64,000 nucleotides of DNA from Eledone cirrhosa (taxonomy: Eukaryota). This document shows positions 42,201 to 57,095 of this stretch, piece by piece. The position numbers and the translations under genes were made by a program. Position 1 is the stretch's first letter, and the number at the start of each line of letters is the position of its first letter. The stretch is taken from NCBI GenBank assembly GCA_964016885.1, contig OZ024752.1, positions 28,024,001 through 28,088,000 on the forward strand. The letters run 5' to 3'. The notes beneath the pieces were generated by a model. It was not told where the DNA came from. It ran no database searches and saw only the letters and a list, made by a program, of their open reading frames with translations.

Positions 42201-42449
42201 TATATACATATATATATATATACATATATATACATACATACATACATACATACAAACATACATACATACATATATATATACATACATATACATATACATA
42301 CACATATACATACATATACATACACATACATACATACATACATTATATACATACATACATATATATACATACACACATACACATATACATACATACATGC
42401 ATACATATGTAAATATGCATACATACTTACATACATATATGCATACATA

Positions 42450-43425
42450 CATGAACAAATAAAAATATCATTAGAATAGCGACTGATCTGGAGGAGAGAT
42501 CTGGAATAAAGCCTGATATAAATCTCTCACCCAGAGAAATCGGAAGATCCTATTCAATGTTCAAACAAGATAAAAAAAATTGACCAATTTACAGAAAAAG
42601 TTGTGCATGGATACTTGAGACGTAAAACACAGACCATAGAGGGGATAAACCACTCAAAAAGTTCCGACAAGTTTATGACATCACACCTTGAGGGATATCT
42701 CTATGCAATACAGGAACAAGAACTCCCTACCAAATATCTGCTGCACAAAAGAGGGGGGCCAGCAGCTGACAATAAACGTAGGCTATGTAAAACAAAGATC
42801 GAGGATGTAAGCCACATTGTTGACAGCTGCGAAAGAATGTCATCTCGCTACTACCTCCCCATGAAACACGATGGGATAGCTAGAACCATCTGGAACGCAC
42901 TCCGGAAAACAAAATTAACAACAAACGAGGAAGAATATATTGAGACTGATGGCACTAAGGAATACTGGTGGAACCTGAAAATGAAAACTGCCACCAAATT
43001 AAAGCACAACCGGCCTGATATTGTTGTTTGGGACCACACGTTGAAAACGTGCTCTGTTGTGGAGATCAGCTGCCCACTTGATGTAAACGTTGTCAGAAAA
43101 ATACAGGAGAAGGAGGACATCTACGGACCATTGATGAGGAGTTTACAAATCCAGTATCCAAGATACACCTTTAGCTTCATACCCATGATTATTGGAGCTA
43201 CGGGTTATATACCAACCCGCTTGGACCAAAGTATGACTGAAATTGGATTTGCGGACAAAAAGCGCAGCTCCCTAATTCATAGTCTACAAATGGCTGCGAT
43301 AGCTGGCACCTTCAAAATTTGCAAAACATTCTTGCGATTCAAGGGATGACAATTTCTTTTCTTTTACAACCTTGCCACCAGGAAGGTGGCCGGTCAAAAA
43401 AATATACTCGAAATTAAGAGAAAGA
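42450..43425 (+). mobile_element. Second 5'-truncated R4/Dong-like LINE copy
   Basis: ORF 42603..43349 nearly identical to 7778-8535, with a 12-nt deletion and a C-to-R change in the zinc knuckle; flanked by TACA-type repeats. Confidence 0.9.
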
Positions 43426-43568
43426 TATAACCTATATGCATACATACATATATGCATACATACATACATATATATACATACATACATGCATACATACATA
43501 CATATACATACATACATACATACATATACATACATACACATACATACATACATACATACATACATACA

Positions 43569-43599
<31 letters not shown>

Positions 43600-43980
43600 G
43601 CATACATATATGCATACATACATATATATGCATGCATACATACATATACACCTATATGCACACATACATACATATATACACATGCATACATGGACATACA
43701 TAGATATGCATACATACATACACATATGCATACATACATACACACATGCATACAAACATACACACATACACATGCATACATATATACATACACACATATA
43801 CATACACATATACATATACATACACATACATACACACATAAATAAATACATAGATGGTACAGATACATGATACAGACCACCACCCTCAACACAGATTTAT
43901 GTTTATCAAGTATAGTATGCATATATATATATATATATAGATATAGTATGCACACACATATACATACATATATATACATA

Positions 43981-44390
43981 CATACTATATTCTACCAAAT
44001 ACACGGCACACCGGCATATACCCTCCAAGGTCTTCAGAGTTTACTGAAGTTGTTTTCACTTCGTTCTTCAGCCTTTAGAAAGTCACCACTCGTGATACAT
44101 CAGTAAAGTCCCCTCTGAAAAAACATCCCTTAGGATGCATGTAAAAAAATACTCATACACACTTGTACACAAGCATGTAGACATGTATTTACATGTATAA
44201 ATGGACATACACATACGTATAGCCATATACATGCATATATATATATACATATATATATACATATATATATATATACACATATATATATATGTATATATAT
44301 ATACATATACATATATATATATACATATATATATATACATATATATATGTATATATATATATGTATATGTATATATATATATGTATATAT

Positions 44391-44436
<46 letters not shown>

Positions 44437-44694
44437 GTATATATGTATATAGATATACGTATGTGTATGTCCATTCATACATGTAAATACATGTCTACAT
44501 GCTTGTGTACAAGTGTGTATGAGTATTTTTTTACATGCATCCTAAGGGATGTTTTTTCAGAGGGGACTTTACTGATGTATCACGAGTGGTGACTTTCTAA
44601 AGGCTGAAGAACGAAGTGAAAACAACTTCAGTAAACTCTGAGGACCTTGGAGGGTATATGCCGGTGTGCCGTGTATTTGGTAGAATATAGTATG
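43981..44694. repeat. ~230-nt near-perfect inverted repeat around a TA-rich spacer
   Basis: About 43981-44220 versus 44455-44694; mirrored ORF text on opposite strands. Confidence 0.88.
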
Positions 44695-44794
<100 letters not shown>

Positions 44795-44897
44795 CATATA
44801 TATATACAGATATAAATACATATATATATACATATATGTATACATATATATATACATATATATACATATATATATACATATTTACATACATATATAT

Positions 44898-44950
<53 letters not shown>

Positions 44951-45313
44951 CATATATATCTATACATATATATATATACATATATATCTATACATATATA
45001 TCTATACATATATCTATATATATTATACATATATATATATACATATATATCTATATATATATACATATATATCTATACATAGATATCTATATATATACAC
45101 ATATATCTATATATATATATACATATATATATACATATATATATACATATATATAAACATATATATATACATATATATATATATACATATATATATACAT
45201 ATATATATACATATATATACATATATATATACATATATATATACTATATACATATACGTATATATATACATATATATATACATATATATATATACATATA
45301 TACATATATATAT

Positions 45314-45346
<33 letters not shown>

Positions 45347-45357
45347 TATATACATAT

Positions 45358-45442
<85 letters not shown>

Positions 45443-45526
45443 TACATATATATACATATATATACATATATGATATATATACATATATACATATATATAC
45501 ATATATATATATACATATATATACAT

Positions 45527-45912
45527 ATATTGTCAATACTCTGATATGCCCAGTTCCTTGTTGGGCTGTTAATTCACTGGGGAACTGGAGTCATATGACT
45601 CCAGTTCCCCAGTGAATTAACAACCCAACAAGGACTGGGCATATCAGAGTATTGACAATATTATACACCTAACCAACATATGTACTTGTCTATACCATAC
45701 TAATTCAAACTGCCTGAAGAGGTCACAGCCAAAGATGGCTGTCACTGAAATATATATAGCAGTAATAAACGAAGCTAAATTTTAATCATTTGACTTTTAT
45801 TTAACTTTATTTTACACTACTCCGGAGTAACCAAACCAACCTGCGCACTTCGTCGAGTGCTCCAGCCTGCATATTGAGGTGTTGGTATACAACCAACATA
45901 AACTCAAAATCT
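45527..45912 (+). mobile_element. Fold-back PLE terminus (~135-nt palindrome 45527-45661, then hammerhead and tail); second copy at 48380-48700
   Basis: Palindrome centred on gagtcatatgactc; homology to 48380-48700. Confidence 0.82.
45709..45763 (+). ncRNA. Minimal hammerhead ribozyme
   Basis: actgc CTGAAGA ggtcacagcca aaga tggctgtcact GAAA tatata TA gcagt. The copy at 48495-48549 has a CTGAACA core mutation. Confidence 0.8.
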
Positions 45913-46311
45913 ATATATATATATATAAATACATATATATATACATATTTATATACAAATATATATATATACATACATATATATATAGATACATATATAT
46001 ATACATATTTATATACATATTTATATACACACATATATATATACATATGTATATATACATATAATACATATATATATATATACATACACATATATATACA
46101 TACATACACATATATATATATATATATATACATACATACACATATATATACATACACATACACATATATATATATAAATATAAATATATATACATACATA
46201 CACATATATATACATACACATATATATATATATATAAATATATATACATACCTATACATATATATATACATACATACACACACATATATATATAAATATA
46301 TATACATACAT

Positions 46312-46359
<48 letters not shown>

Positions 46360-46451
46360 ATATATATATACATACATATGTATACATACACATATATATG
46401 CATAAATATATACATACACACACATATATATATAAATATATATACATACAT

Positions 46452-46560
<109 letters not shown>

Positions 46561-46655
46561 CACATATATTTACAAACAAACACCTATATATACATACATA
46601 CACATATATATATATAAATATATATATATACGTACATATATATATACATACATAT

Positions 46656-46692
<37 letters not shown>

Positions 46693-47619
46693 CATACATA
46701 TATATATATGTATATACATACTTATATATATATATATATATAAATACATATATATATATATACATATAAATATATATATATATATACATATATACAGTAT
46801 ATATGTCTGCTTTTGGATGTGTGTGTGTGTGTGTGTGGCTTGTTTGTTTGCGTGCGTGTGAGTGTATGTGTATTAGGTTAAAAATACGACTGCACTCACG
46901 TTTGATGCATTTTTTAAGTATGTTTCCTCTTTCCTTATGTGTCGGTTTTGTTAAAATAATAACTCTAAGTACATAATTCTATCAACGTTTTGAATACAAA
47001 AATGTGAATCTATTTTTTTTCTATTATTAGGTGAGCTTTTAAATTTCGTCAATGCAAAAAGCTTTAAATACGGAAATACTGCAAAACTAGTATAGCTAAT
47101 AACGTGCACTCAAAACTTATAACCATGGCATAAGACAATACGAAAAAGTAATTATTCACATTCATTTAAAAGAAGTAAATGCAATAAACACGCAATGTGG
47201 TATAGTACAGAAACACAATACATACTCATTGATAGAATGAACCAAGATACTGACCAAGATACCCTCATGGAAGGATTAAATGAGGCTTATCTTTTAACAT
47301 GGTCCCTTGAAAGAAACAATGCAGTTATTAACAAGGAAGTTGAAACTAATGCATGAACGATTTCACAGCTCTAGCAGTACTTCTTCATAGTCAGTTATGA
47401 ATTTTGTGACAATAATAACCGCAAAGAATATTTCAAAGAGAAAATAATTGAAATGCTAATCAATCTGAAAATAAAGATTAGGGAATCACAGTTGATAAAT
47501 ACACTATAGTAATTTCAGTGTTTAACATTGGCCTCAAAAGTACTACACTTTCTAGGCAGTTGACATGGAGCCCTTGCAGCAGATTATTGATAAGTCTGCA
47601 CAGTCAACTTAACTAATAT

Positions 47620-47831
47620 CAAGACGTGCTCTCCGACGGGTTTGCGGTCGTTCCCTTAGCAGTGGAGACTTCTGGTGTCCTTGGCCCTACGGCTATCTTC
47701 CTATTTACCACCATAGGCGCTGAGCTGGCCAGCCGAAGCTGTGAACCTCGTGAGATGGAATGACTCTTTCGGTGCATCTCCCTTACCATCCTCAGGGCAA
47801 ACGCCTTCTCCATACAGTCCACCAGGGCCGT
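47620..47831 (+). mobile_element. CRE-like non-LTR retrotransposon C-terminal remnant
   Basis: Plus frame GFAVVPLAVETSGVLGPTAIFLFTTIGAELASRSCEPREME*LFRCISLTILRANAFSI resembles the F.P.A.ET.G..G...RGNA end of CRE-clade endonucleases; GC-rich island. Confidence 0.68.
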
Positions 47832-48299
47832 GGGGGGGGGGGGGGGGGGGGGGGACAGCACGTTTCCACCTTCCCACGTGCTCATTATACAGAGAGTAGG
47901 AGTTCGGCTTTTCCGTGTGACAGATTATTATAGAACTTTAATTATAAATTCTCTACATATACTAACTTCGTAGTAGTATCCTTACACATGCTAAAATTAA
48001 CACACAGTTATGGCATACAATAGCTTCCACCGTTAAATAATTTTCTCAGTCTAACGTAGAGGATTTTACTAGTACATCCATGCTATTTCCTGATCAGGCA
48101 GAATACGTGAATTATACACCATTAACATTAGCAAACCTATTTTGAACATGTGATTTTGAATAACTCCAAACATTAGTAGATATATAGATTTTGAATCGAT
48201 ATTCTCCCCTACAACGAATAATGTAAAATATCCAACTTTAATTTTTTAATGCAGTAATTGAAAGGAAAGCTGCGCACTCATGCGTACATATTCGTATAC

Positions 48300-48383
<84 letters not shown>

Positions 48384-48717
48384 TAATTCCAGTTCCTCAG
48401 TGAAATAACAACCCAAACAGGAACTGGGCATATCAGATTATTAACAAAGTTAAACACCTCAACATGTGTACTTGTCTCTACCACACTAATTCCGACTGCC
48501 TGAACAGGTCACAGCCAAAGATGGCTGTCACCGAAATATATATAGCAGTAATAAACGAAGCCAAATTTTAAACATTTGACTTATTTATTTTATTTTATTT
48601 TACATTACTCCGGAGTAACCAAACCAACATGCGCACTTCGTCGAGTGCTCCCATCTGCATACTGAGGTGTTGGTATACAACCAACATATACTCAAAATAT
48701 ATATGTATGTATGTATG

Positions 48718-48969
48718 TTATCTCTTTCTCTTAATTTCGAGTATATTTTTTTGACCGGCCACCTTCCTGGTGGCAAGGTTGTAAAAAAAAAGAAATTGCC
48801 ATCCCTTGAATCGCAAGACTGTTTTGCAAATTTTGAAGGTGCCAGCTATCGCAGCCATTTGTAGACTAAGAATTAGGGAGCTGCGCTCTTTGTCCGCAAA
48901 TCCAAGTTCAGTCATACTTTGGTCCAAGCGGGTTGGTGTATAACCCGTAGATCCAATAATCATGGGTAT
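48718..48969 (-). mobile_element. Third, short R4/Dong-like LINE 3' copy
   Basis: Reverse complement of 8365-8612; (TATG)n on both sides. Confidence 0.88.
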
Positions 48970-49268
48970 GTATGTATGTATGTATGTATGTATGTATGTA
49001 TGTATGTATGTATGTATGTATGTATGTGTGTGTGTATGTGTATGTGTGTGTGTGTGTGTGTCTGTCTGTCTCTGTGTATATGTATGTATGTATAACAATA
49101 TATATATATATGCATACATATATGTATATGTGATCATATATATTTACATGTATATGTGTGTTCGTGGATGTGTTAAATCTATTTTAATATCCACAGTAAC
49201 GACACATATTTAATATATGTTTTTAATCGAAATATTAAACTGTTATGTCTTAAATGTCTGTCTTTCAG

Positions 49269-49364
49269 AGATGCCATGCAACATGATGCCAATGTTGGAA
49301 TTGGACAACAGGACCCAGATTCCCCAGACCATGGCTATGGCTAGATATTTGGCCAGGGAATTCG
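49269..49364 (+). CDS. S-crystallin gene 2, exon 2
   Basis: ctttcAG acceptor; (K)[31 protein letters not shown](G); GTAAGT donor. Confidence 0.96.
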
Positions 49365-49686
49365 GTAAGTAAACTATTATCTATTCAATAATTCTCTCTC
49401 GCTCTCTCTATCAATTTTTCTCCTTCTCCTCTTGATCTATATATTCTGTCCGTCTATAGATCTATCTGTATTTTCTTTTGATCAATGCTTTTTGTTGAAT
49501 ATATCCACTTCTTTCATTTGGGACAGATATTTGTATCTGTATCAATTTCGTACTTTATCCGTCATCTATTTTTAGCAAATGCATGTATATGTATATAATT
49601 ATAAAAAAGTACTCAAGCGCTAAAATACTGTAAAGAAAAATAGAGGGTGAATACCCTTAAAAGACGGAAAACAAGAGTTACCATCT

Positions 49687-49760
<74 letters not shown>

Positions 49761-50107
49761 TAAAGGTGGGGAGAGAGAGAGAATAATGGCAATCACTATT
49801 TATGAATTCTTGAGAATCAACATTCTGGGATCAACTGCCATCATGAGAAAAATATGAATAATTTGTATTTATACCAGGCATGACAATGAAATTATTTCTA
49901 TGTCTTATGCGATAATTATTTCGAAAATTAGACCATTTAACTTCCCTATAGATACAATGCCGCTTAATAGACAGACGCTTTGACCTCGTGGTTATTTTGC
50001 GAGATTACGAAACAAATATTTTGCCCCATAATTTCCCTAAAATTTCCCTACTGATTTAAGCATATATAAATTCCCATGAGCATCAACGAAGCATCATGTT
50101 ATTGCAG

Positions 50108-50223
50108 GTTACCACGGCAGAAACAACATGGAGATGGCCAGAATTGACTTCATTTCCGAATGTTTCTACGATATTTTGGATGACTACATGAGAATGTATC
50201 AGGATAGCAACTGCAGAATGATG
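50108..50223 (+). CDS. S-crystallin gene 2, exon 3
   Basis: ttgcAG acceptor; (G)[38 protein letters not shown]; GTATGT donor. Confidence 0.96.
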
Positions 50224-50530
50224 GTATGTATAATAGTCTCGTAATTAAGAATATGAATAAAAGCAGTATTGATTTTTAATAATCTAGAAAAATATACCGG
50301 CTCAAATATATAATACAGTTTGTGTGAAATATCATTACTATCCAACTGGTCATTTAGCAACAGTTTTACTTAATATATGGCACATTTGAAATAAATAATT
50401 TCAGTTATATATCCGCTTGGTTTTTAAGGTAGCTTCAGTTTATAAGGATATTAAAATTCAAGATATGACTAAATGCCTTAAGTATACCTATGAATCATAT
50501 ACTGCTTTCAATATTATATTACACACTTTA

Positions 50531-50707
50531 GGGCGGTAGATTGGCAAAATCGGTAGAGTATCGGATAACATGCTTTGCAGCATAGAGTTATGGTCCTTTA
50601 CGTTCTGAGTTCAAATCCAGCTGAGGTTAACTTTGCCTTTCATCCTTACGGGGTCGATAAAATAAAGAACTTGGTAATTGCTGGCTTGTGCCAAAATTAG
50701 AAGCAAT
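50531..50707 (+). mobile_element. tRNA-derived SINE in gene 2 intron 3
   Basis: 10550 family. Confidence 0.85.
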
Positions 50708-50926
50708 ATTATATCACACTCTTCTGTGAATTATCCAGGAAGATCAATTCAAAATATTAAATGAAACAGCCGTTAGAATATTTGTGAAAAAGGTTCAAAG
50801 TTTGAAGATTTTATATTCAAATATGTTTAACGTGCTCATGTAGTTTCAACAGAAATAACCTTTATTCGTTTAATATCAATTTTGACTGATTAAATACTAC
50901 AAAAAATTATTTATCCTTTATTTCAG

Positions 50927-50956
50927 TTCCAGCGCTCAGGAGACTATACAGTATCA
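50927..50956 (+). CDS. S-crystallin gene 2, exon 4 (30-nt loop microexon)
   Basis: ttatttcAG acceptor; FQRSGDYTVS; GTAAGT donor. Confidence 0.92.
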
Positions 50957-51123
50957 GTAAGTATTATGACTTTCTATAATGTTTTGAGCCCCAGGTCAGG
51001 CTGGATCATGCAAGGCTATAATAATAGGTGTCACAAATTTAACCATCATGTCCATGTAAACCTTGCACTATAGTTCCAAACGAATCATGCCTTATTCAAA
51101 GCGATAGGGTACAATTCGAAAGG

Positions 51124-51161
<38 letters not shown>

Positions 51162-51932
51162 GATGTTAAATAAATGGAAACTATATTTATAAAACCATAT
51201 TTATTTCATTATACATATTTCGGGGATACCATATTAAAAATATGGCAAATATATATATATATTTAAAAGAATAGAGGTGTAACACATGAGTTATGATATA
51301 TTGGTAAAAGGAAAAGAAAATGCTGACAAATTGTTCCCAGTGAAAAATAGTTTAATTAGGAATAAGTAAAAATTAGTAATAGTATTGGTTAGTATTCAGT
51401 TTTGCTTTTAAGTTTTACCGGTTGCGCATTTCTAATGCTTTTCAAAAATGATTTTGAGATAGAGCGCCCGTGATGTTTGCTCTATTAGAGCAAACATCAC
51501 GGATTATCTGTTGCAAACACACTCAGGGCGAAACAGATTAGGGATAATCTGTCCGAGAGATGTAATTGTTATTGAGGCGGTTTGTATAATATAATATAAT
51601 TTTATTTTAGCATTCTGCCTGCTTCTTGGTTAAATATTTCAAACAAATGTGGTTTTTCAAGCACACGGTTTACTGTGTTTCCTACTGCATATATATTATT
51701 ATTATATGGCTCAAGTATTTTATACTTGGAGCTTAATAATTACAGGGTTTCAATTGGAGTCATTAACTCTAATTTTCATTTATATATATATATATATATA
51801 TTAATGAAAAAGAACAAAGGAACTATTATGACATTATAACAAGTTTATTGCCGACAGCCGTTTAACTAGCTACCGTCGCATATTTGGTAGATCAGACGTG
51901 ATCATCGCGATTCACATACGACCTACCTCTTG

Positions 51933-52016
<84 letters not shown>

Positions 52017-52257
52017 CAATTTTATGAAATATATTTGATAAAAATATATAAGATATTGTAGGATAACATAGAACCTGTTGTATTTTATGAAAATTTCATA
52101 TGTAATATGTGGCGAAATACAAAAATCTAACGAATTTCAATAATAATTAAATATAATGAGTAATATAATGCGATGTTGTATGGAATCCAGATACATTTGT
52201 GTGTTATGAAATCTCAATCAATGATAACATTTTCATGTACTTTTCTTTTCTTTATAG

Positions 52258-52365
52258 TCTGAGAAACGTATGAGATTCGAAGAGACTTGCCGCAGAATTC
52301 TTCCATACATGGAACAAACTATGGGCATGTACAATGGTGGAAACCAATTCTTTATGGGAGACAAG
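52258..52365 (+). CDS. S-crystallin gene 2, exon 5
   Basis: Pyrimidine tract then tatAG; [36 protein letters not shown]; GTAAAT donor. Confidence 0.96.
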
Positions 52366-52607
52366 GTAAATTTTATGTTTCTCTTTCCACTTTTGTTGAA
52401 GAAATAAAAATGTATGTTTCAGCAAGGATTATCGGATTACAGGTCAGACTTTAATTTGATAAATGTAATTAGCTTTCATTGGATTGCTTTAGTCTCTAAG
52501 TAGACTCAGCACTCAACATCTACCGAAACGCGGAATTGCATTTAGTGTTTATTTTAGTATTATTTTAGATTTCTAGGGGTTTATTTATATATATATATAC
52601 ATATATA

Positions 52608-52840
52608 CCTATTCTTATTCTTGAGAGGGTCGTGGGGACAGAATGCCGAAACAGTCCTCTCAGCGGATCCTGTCTAAAACCACCTTCTCCAATTGATCCG
52701 GCTGGATACCCAAGAGAGGCCAGCTGAGCTCATGTATGTTATCCAACCATCTCTCTTGGAATCTACCTTTGGGTCTCCTGTCGGTTGTTTTTCCCGTAAA
52801 ATCTGATCAGCGATTCTTCCTGAGACATCCTCAACACATC

Positions 52841-52841
<1 letters not shown>
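52608..52841 (-). mobile_element. RTE-like LINE 3' remnant
   Basis: Minus strand DVLRMSQE...RWLDNIHELSWPLLGIQPDQLEKVVLDR...LSPRPSQE. Confidence 0.7.
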
Positions 52842-52898
<57 letters not shown>

Positions 52899-52908
52899 GC
52901 GTGTGTGT

Positions 52909-52968
<60 letters not shown>

Positions 52969-53205
52969 GTGTGTGCGCGTGTGCGTGTGTGTGTGTGTGT
53001 ATGAAAACCGTACCGTGTGATAAGAACGTCATTCCACACATGTGATCGTCACATTGTTGTTTAGTAATTTTATAAATTTACAGTATATGGTTATAATGTG
53101 ATAATTTCATGAGGCTAGTGTTTTCACAAAATAAAGTATTAATTGACGTTGTGTCTATGCTTAAAATGATTGTTATTTCTTATTGTTACTATTTATCGTT
53201 CACAG

Positions 53206-53370
53206 ATGTCCATGGCTGATATGATGTGCTACTGTGCTCTTGAGAACCCAATGATGGAAAATTCATCCTTCCTCAGCAGTTATCCAAGATTAATGTCTTT
53301 GAGACAGCGTGTGATGAACCACTCTAAGTTGTCTAGCTACTTGCAGAGAAGATGCAGAACCGATTTCTAA
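53206..53370 (+). CDS. S-crystallin gene 2, exon 6 (to stop)
   Basis: cacAG acceptor; [54 protein letters not shown], also seen in ORF 53170..53370. Confidence 0.96.
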   Translation: MSMADMMCYCALENPMMENSSFLSSYPRLMSLRQRVMNHSKLSSYLQRRCRTDF

Positions 53371-53885
53371 AGCAACAGCAAACCTTACAGTAATAATATA
53401 ATAACAACAACATCAAAATATTACAAATGAAATACTAAGAAAACAAGACATACTTATGCGAGAATAACAGTAGTTTAAATGAAACCAGTAAGATCAACAT
53501 TAAACTTCAACCACAGTCTAAAGAAAGAAAATGATAGATTTATGTACAAAAGAACAAGAAGTAACAGAAAGATTTTAAAAATCTAAAAGGAATAGAAAGG
53601 TCAAATCTCTGAATAAGTTGATACATATTGATGTGAATCTATGAACAAAATTTTATTTACAAGGTTTATCATTATCAATATGTGTTAGAATATCGTTGAT
53701 TATCGGTAGAACTACGGTATTGAGACGATCGTATTAATTGTATGCTACAAAGTCCTAAAAATTAAGATTTTGTTGTATATCTGCAGGAGTTGAATAATTG
53801 ATTTTAAAATGTTGTATCATATAAATAACTTACGAGGTATTTGGAATAATACATAGATACTACGAATATTATTACTAATAATGAG

Positions 53886-53891
53886 AATAAA
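53886..53891 (+). terminator. Probable polyadenylation signal of gene 2
   Basis: AATAAA at the position paralogous to 15071, followed by a T-rich tract. Confidence 0.55.
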
Positions 53892-53989
53892 ACGCATGAT
53901 AACGAAATAATGTCTTTCATTTTCTTTTATTTTTTCACCTGACGATATATTTACACAATGGTTGGCTAACTACTCCCATTTTCTTTCTT

Positions 53990-54623
53990 ATTTTACTCTT
54001 ACCTATTTTCTAATTCTTATTTTATGTTTTGGTGAAGAACTAACGTCTGAAATGTTTTAATTATTTTCCTATAATACTAAATGTTAACCTCATATATATA
54101 TATATTTAAGTAAGTGCCATACTAAGAGTGAGAAATGAAATTTCGTTTTCATTTTGTTTCAATTTATCGTTTTCGGTATGCCTGACCGATTTAACTCACT
54201 CAATATGCAAATTAGGCTGCTCGGCCGTTAATTTTCATAAGGAAAGTATATACTTTCGAACGTTCAACTATCTGGCAGATGGGTAAACGGTGCTGATGAT
54301 AGCTAACAAGCTTGAAACTAGTACATCGTTCCTGTGTCAGTGTTGAACAAAAAGGTGACGTGGTTGCCTTAACACCGTATGGCATAAATTCAGGCTGTTC
54401 AGTTTGTTTACAAACGAACAAAGCGACGTTATAATAAGCGCCGCTAAACTGATACGTGCATATATGTATGTGTACCTGTATGCATATGTATATATATATA
54501 TATATATGTGCATGCTACTGTACGTCTGTATACATATATGTATGTACGTATACATGCATACTTACATTTAAGTAAGTGCCATACTAAGAGTGAGAAATGA
54601 AATTTCGTTTTCATTTTGTTTCA

Positions 54624-54672
<49 letters not shown>

Positions 54673-54741
54673 TGTACTTTATTGTGCATCCGTATTGGTT
54701 TTTCTTGTTGCTTTTGTCTCTCTTTCTCTCTCTCTCACATA

Positions 54742-54798
<57 letters not shown>

Positions 54799-55030
54799 CT
54801 GTGTGTGTGTGGGGGGTGCGAGAGAGAGAGAAAGAGGGACAAAAGCCAACAAGAAAAGCCAACACGGATGTACAATAAAGTACAGTGATATATATATATA
54901 TATATATATATGAGGTTAACGTTTAGTATTATAGGAAAATAATTAAAACCATTTCAGATGTTAGTCCTTCACCAAAACATAAAATAAGAATTAAAAAATA
55001 GGTAAGAGTAAAATAAGAGTAAAATAAAGA
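53990..55030. repeat. Nested inverted and direct repeats
   Basis: Outer inverted repeat about 53990-54092 / 54910-55020; inner inverted repeat 54668-54730 / 54820-54888; direct repeat 54105-54166 = 54567-54628. Confidence 0.75.
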
Positions 55031-55280
55031 AACATACCGTGTTTCTTGAGAAACACGAAATTTCTTTACATACCTGTATACAGCTATGCTTGAAGCTAAA
55101 TCTTATTTCTATTCCATATACATATATATACACAGTATATATAAGAGTAAATAAGAGTAAAATAAAGAAACATACCGTGTTTCTTTAGAAACACGAAATT
55201 TCTTTACATACCTGTATACAGCTATGCTTGAAGCTAAATCTTATTTCTATTCCATATACATGTATATACACAGTATATAT
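55011..55280. repeat. ~138-nt tandem duplication
   Basis: aaataagagtaaaataaagaaacataccgtg...cacagtatat occurs twice. Confidence 0.85.
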
Positions 55281-55698
55281 ATATTCTATTTTAACTGTTT
55301 CAGCCGGCTGGCTGAGTTGAGACCATGGTGGTACACTGATATGTATGTATGTATATAGTTACCGATGATGTTGATCTTTTCTTCTTTTCGGATTATATCT
55401 ACTGTCGCTCAGAGAGTGGGATTGGTTCAGTGCACAGTTTTACCGCACAAGTTTTCACGCACAGGCATTGCACGATAGAATTAATTAATAATTATTAATA
55501 ATAGTATATCATGCAATGGCCATACTCGATAACGAGGGGGCAGCCATTATGTATGTATGTATGTATGTATGTATGTATGTATGTATGTATGTATGTATGT
55601 GTGTATGTGTGTGTGTGTCTCTCTCTCTCCCTCTCTCTCTCTATATATATATACACATATAAGTTAGAGAAAGATAACCACCAATTAACAGCATTTAT

Positions 55699-55828
55699 TT
55701 TCTACATATGTTTCGGTTGGTGCAGACAAAAATACAATTAATTCATGAGAGTAACGTTAAAAAACAATTCCTGTTGATGGCAACACAATGATAATAGATC
55801 AAATCTCCTGCACAATCTCTTCAGGAAC
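55699..55828 (-). ncRNA. Candidate hammerhead with long helix II insertion
   Basis: gttc CTGAAGA gattgtgcagg [~80 nt] tctgcaccaacc GAAA catatg TA gaaa; palindromic CATATG helix III; short helix I. Confidence 0.55.
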
Positions 55829-55984
55829 ATAAAAAATTAACAAAATTGTTATGTAAATTTATATTGACAGAAATACCAGTCAGTCACCGGAACAGTAGGA
55901 ACACATTCACTCAAAAAGCAGACGATTTATTCATACAGTATTGGAGTAACTTATATTAGTATAAGTTATATTAGTATAACTTAT

Positions 55985-56170
55985 AGGTGGATTGGCAGTA
56001 CCGGTAGAGGGTCGGACACCATGCTTTGAAGCATAGAGTTACGTCCCTTTATGATCTGAGTTCAAATCCCGCCGAGGTTAACTTTGCCTTTCATCCTTAC
56101 GGGGTCGATAATATAAAGTACCAGTAATGTACTGGTTAATTTCTGGCCTTGTACCAATAGTAGAAACAGT
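55985..56170 (+). mobile_element. tRNA-derived SINE with probable target-site duplication
   Basis: 10550 family; ttatattagtataacttata is present on both sides. Confidence 0.85.
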
Positions 56171-56439
56171 TATATTAGTATAACTTATATAGTATACAAT
56201 TCGGTGTGAGAAAATGGCAGAATGAATTTACAAGTTCTTATTATCTATTAATACATCACGTCGTAAATCATTTCTTACCTTGAACTATCTTGACTTGCAT
56301 GATTACTGATAATTATAATATATTGAGCTTATCCATACCCTGATATATATAACATAGGTGTATACCGCCATTTAAAATCAAATTCTTTCTATATGTGTGT
56401 GTGGGGGGGGGTGTATGTGTGTGTCTGTGTATATATATG

Positions 56440-56472
<33 letters not shown>

Positions 56473-56881
56473 GTATATATATAAATATATATATAAATAT
56501 ATGTATATATGTATATATATATATATATGTATGTATATATATATAAATATAAGTATATATATATAAATATAAGTATATATATATATAAATATAAATATAT
56601 ATATATATAAATATATGTATATATGTATATATATATCTATGTATATATATATATATAAATATATGTATATATATATATACAAATATATGTATATATATAT
56701 ATAAATATATGTATATATATATGTATATAAATATGTGTATATATATATGTATATATATATATATATATGTATGTATATATATATGTATATAAATATATGT
56801 ATGTATATATATATATGTATATAAATATATGTATATATATATAAATATATGTATATATATATATATAAATATATGTATGTT

Positions 56882-56915
<34 letters not shown>

Positions 56916-57053
56916 AATATATGTATTTATATATATATAAATATATGTATATATATATATATATAAATATATGTATGTATATATATATATAAATATATAA
57001 ATATATGTATGTATATATATATAAATATATAAATATATGTATATATATATAAA

Positions 57054-57095
<42 letters not shown>

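Noticed and set aside
44598-44650. Hammerhead-like aagg CTGAAGA acgaagt GAAA ... cctt
   Set aside because: No NUH triplet before the helix I partner; at best a decayed relic.
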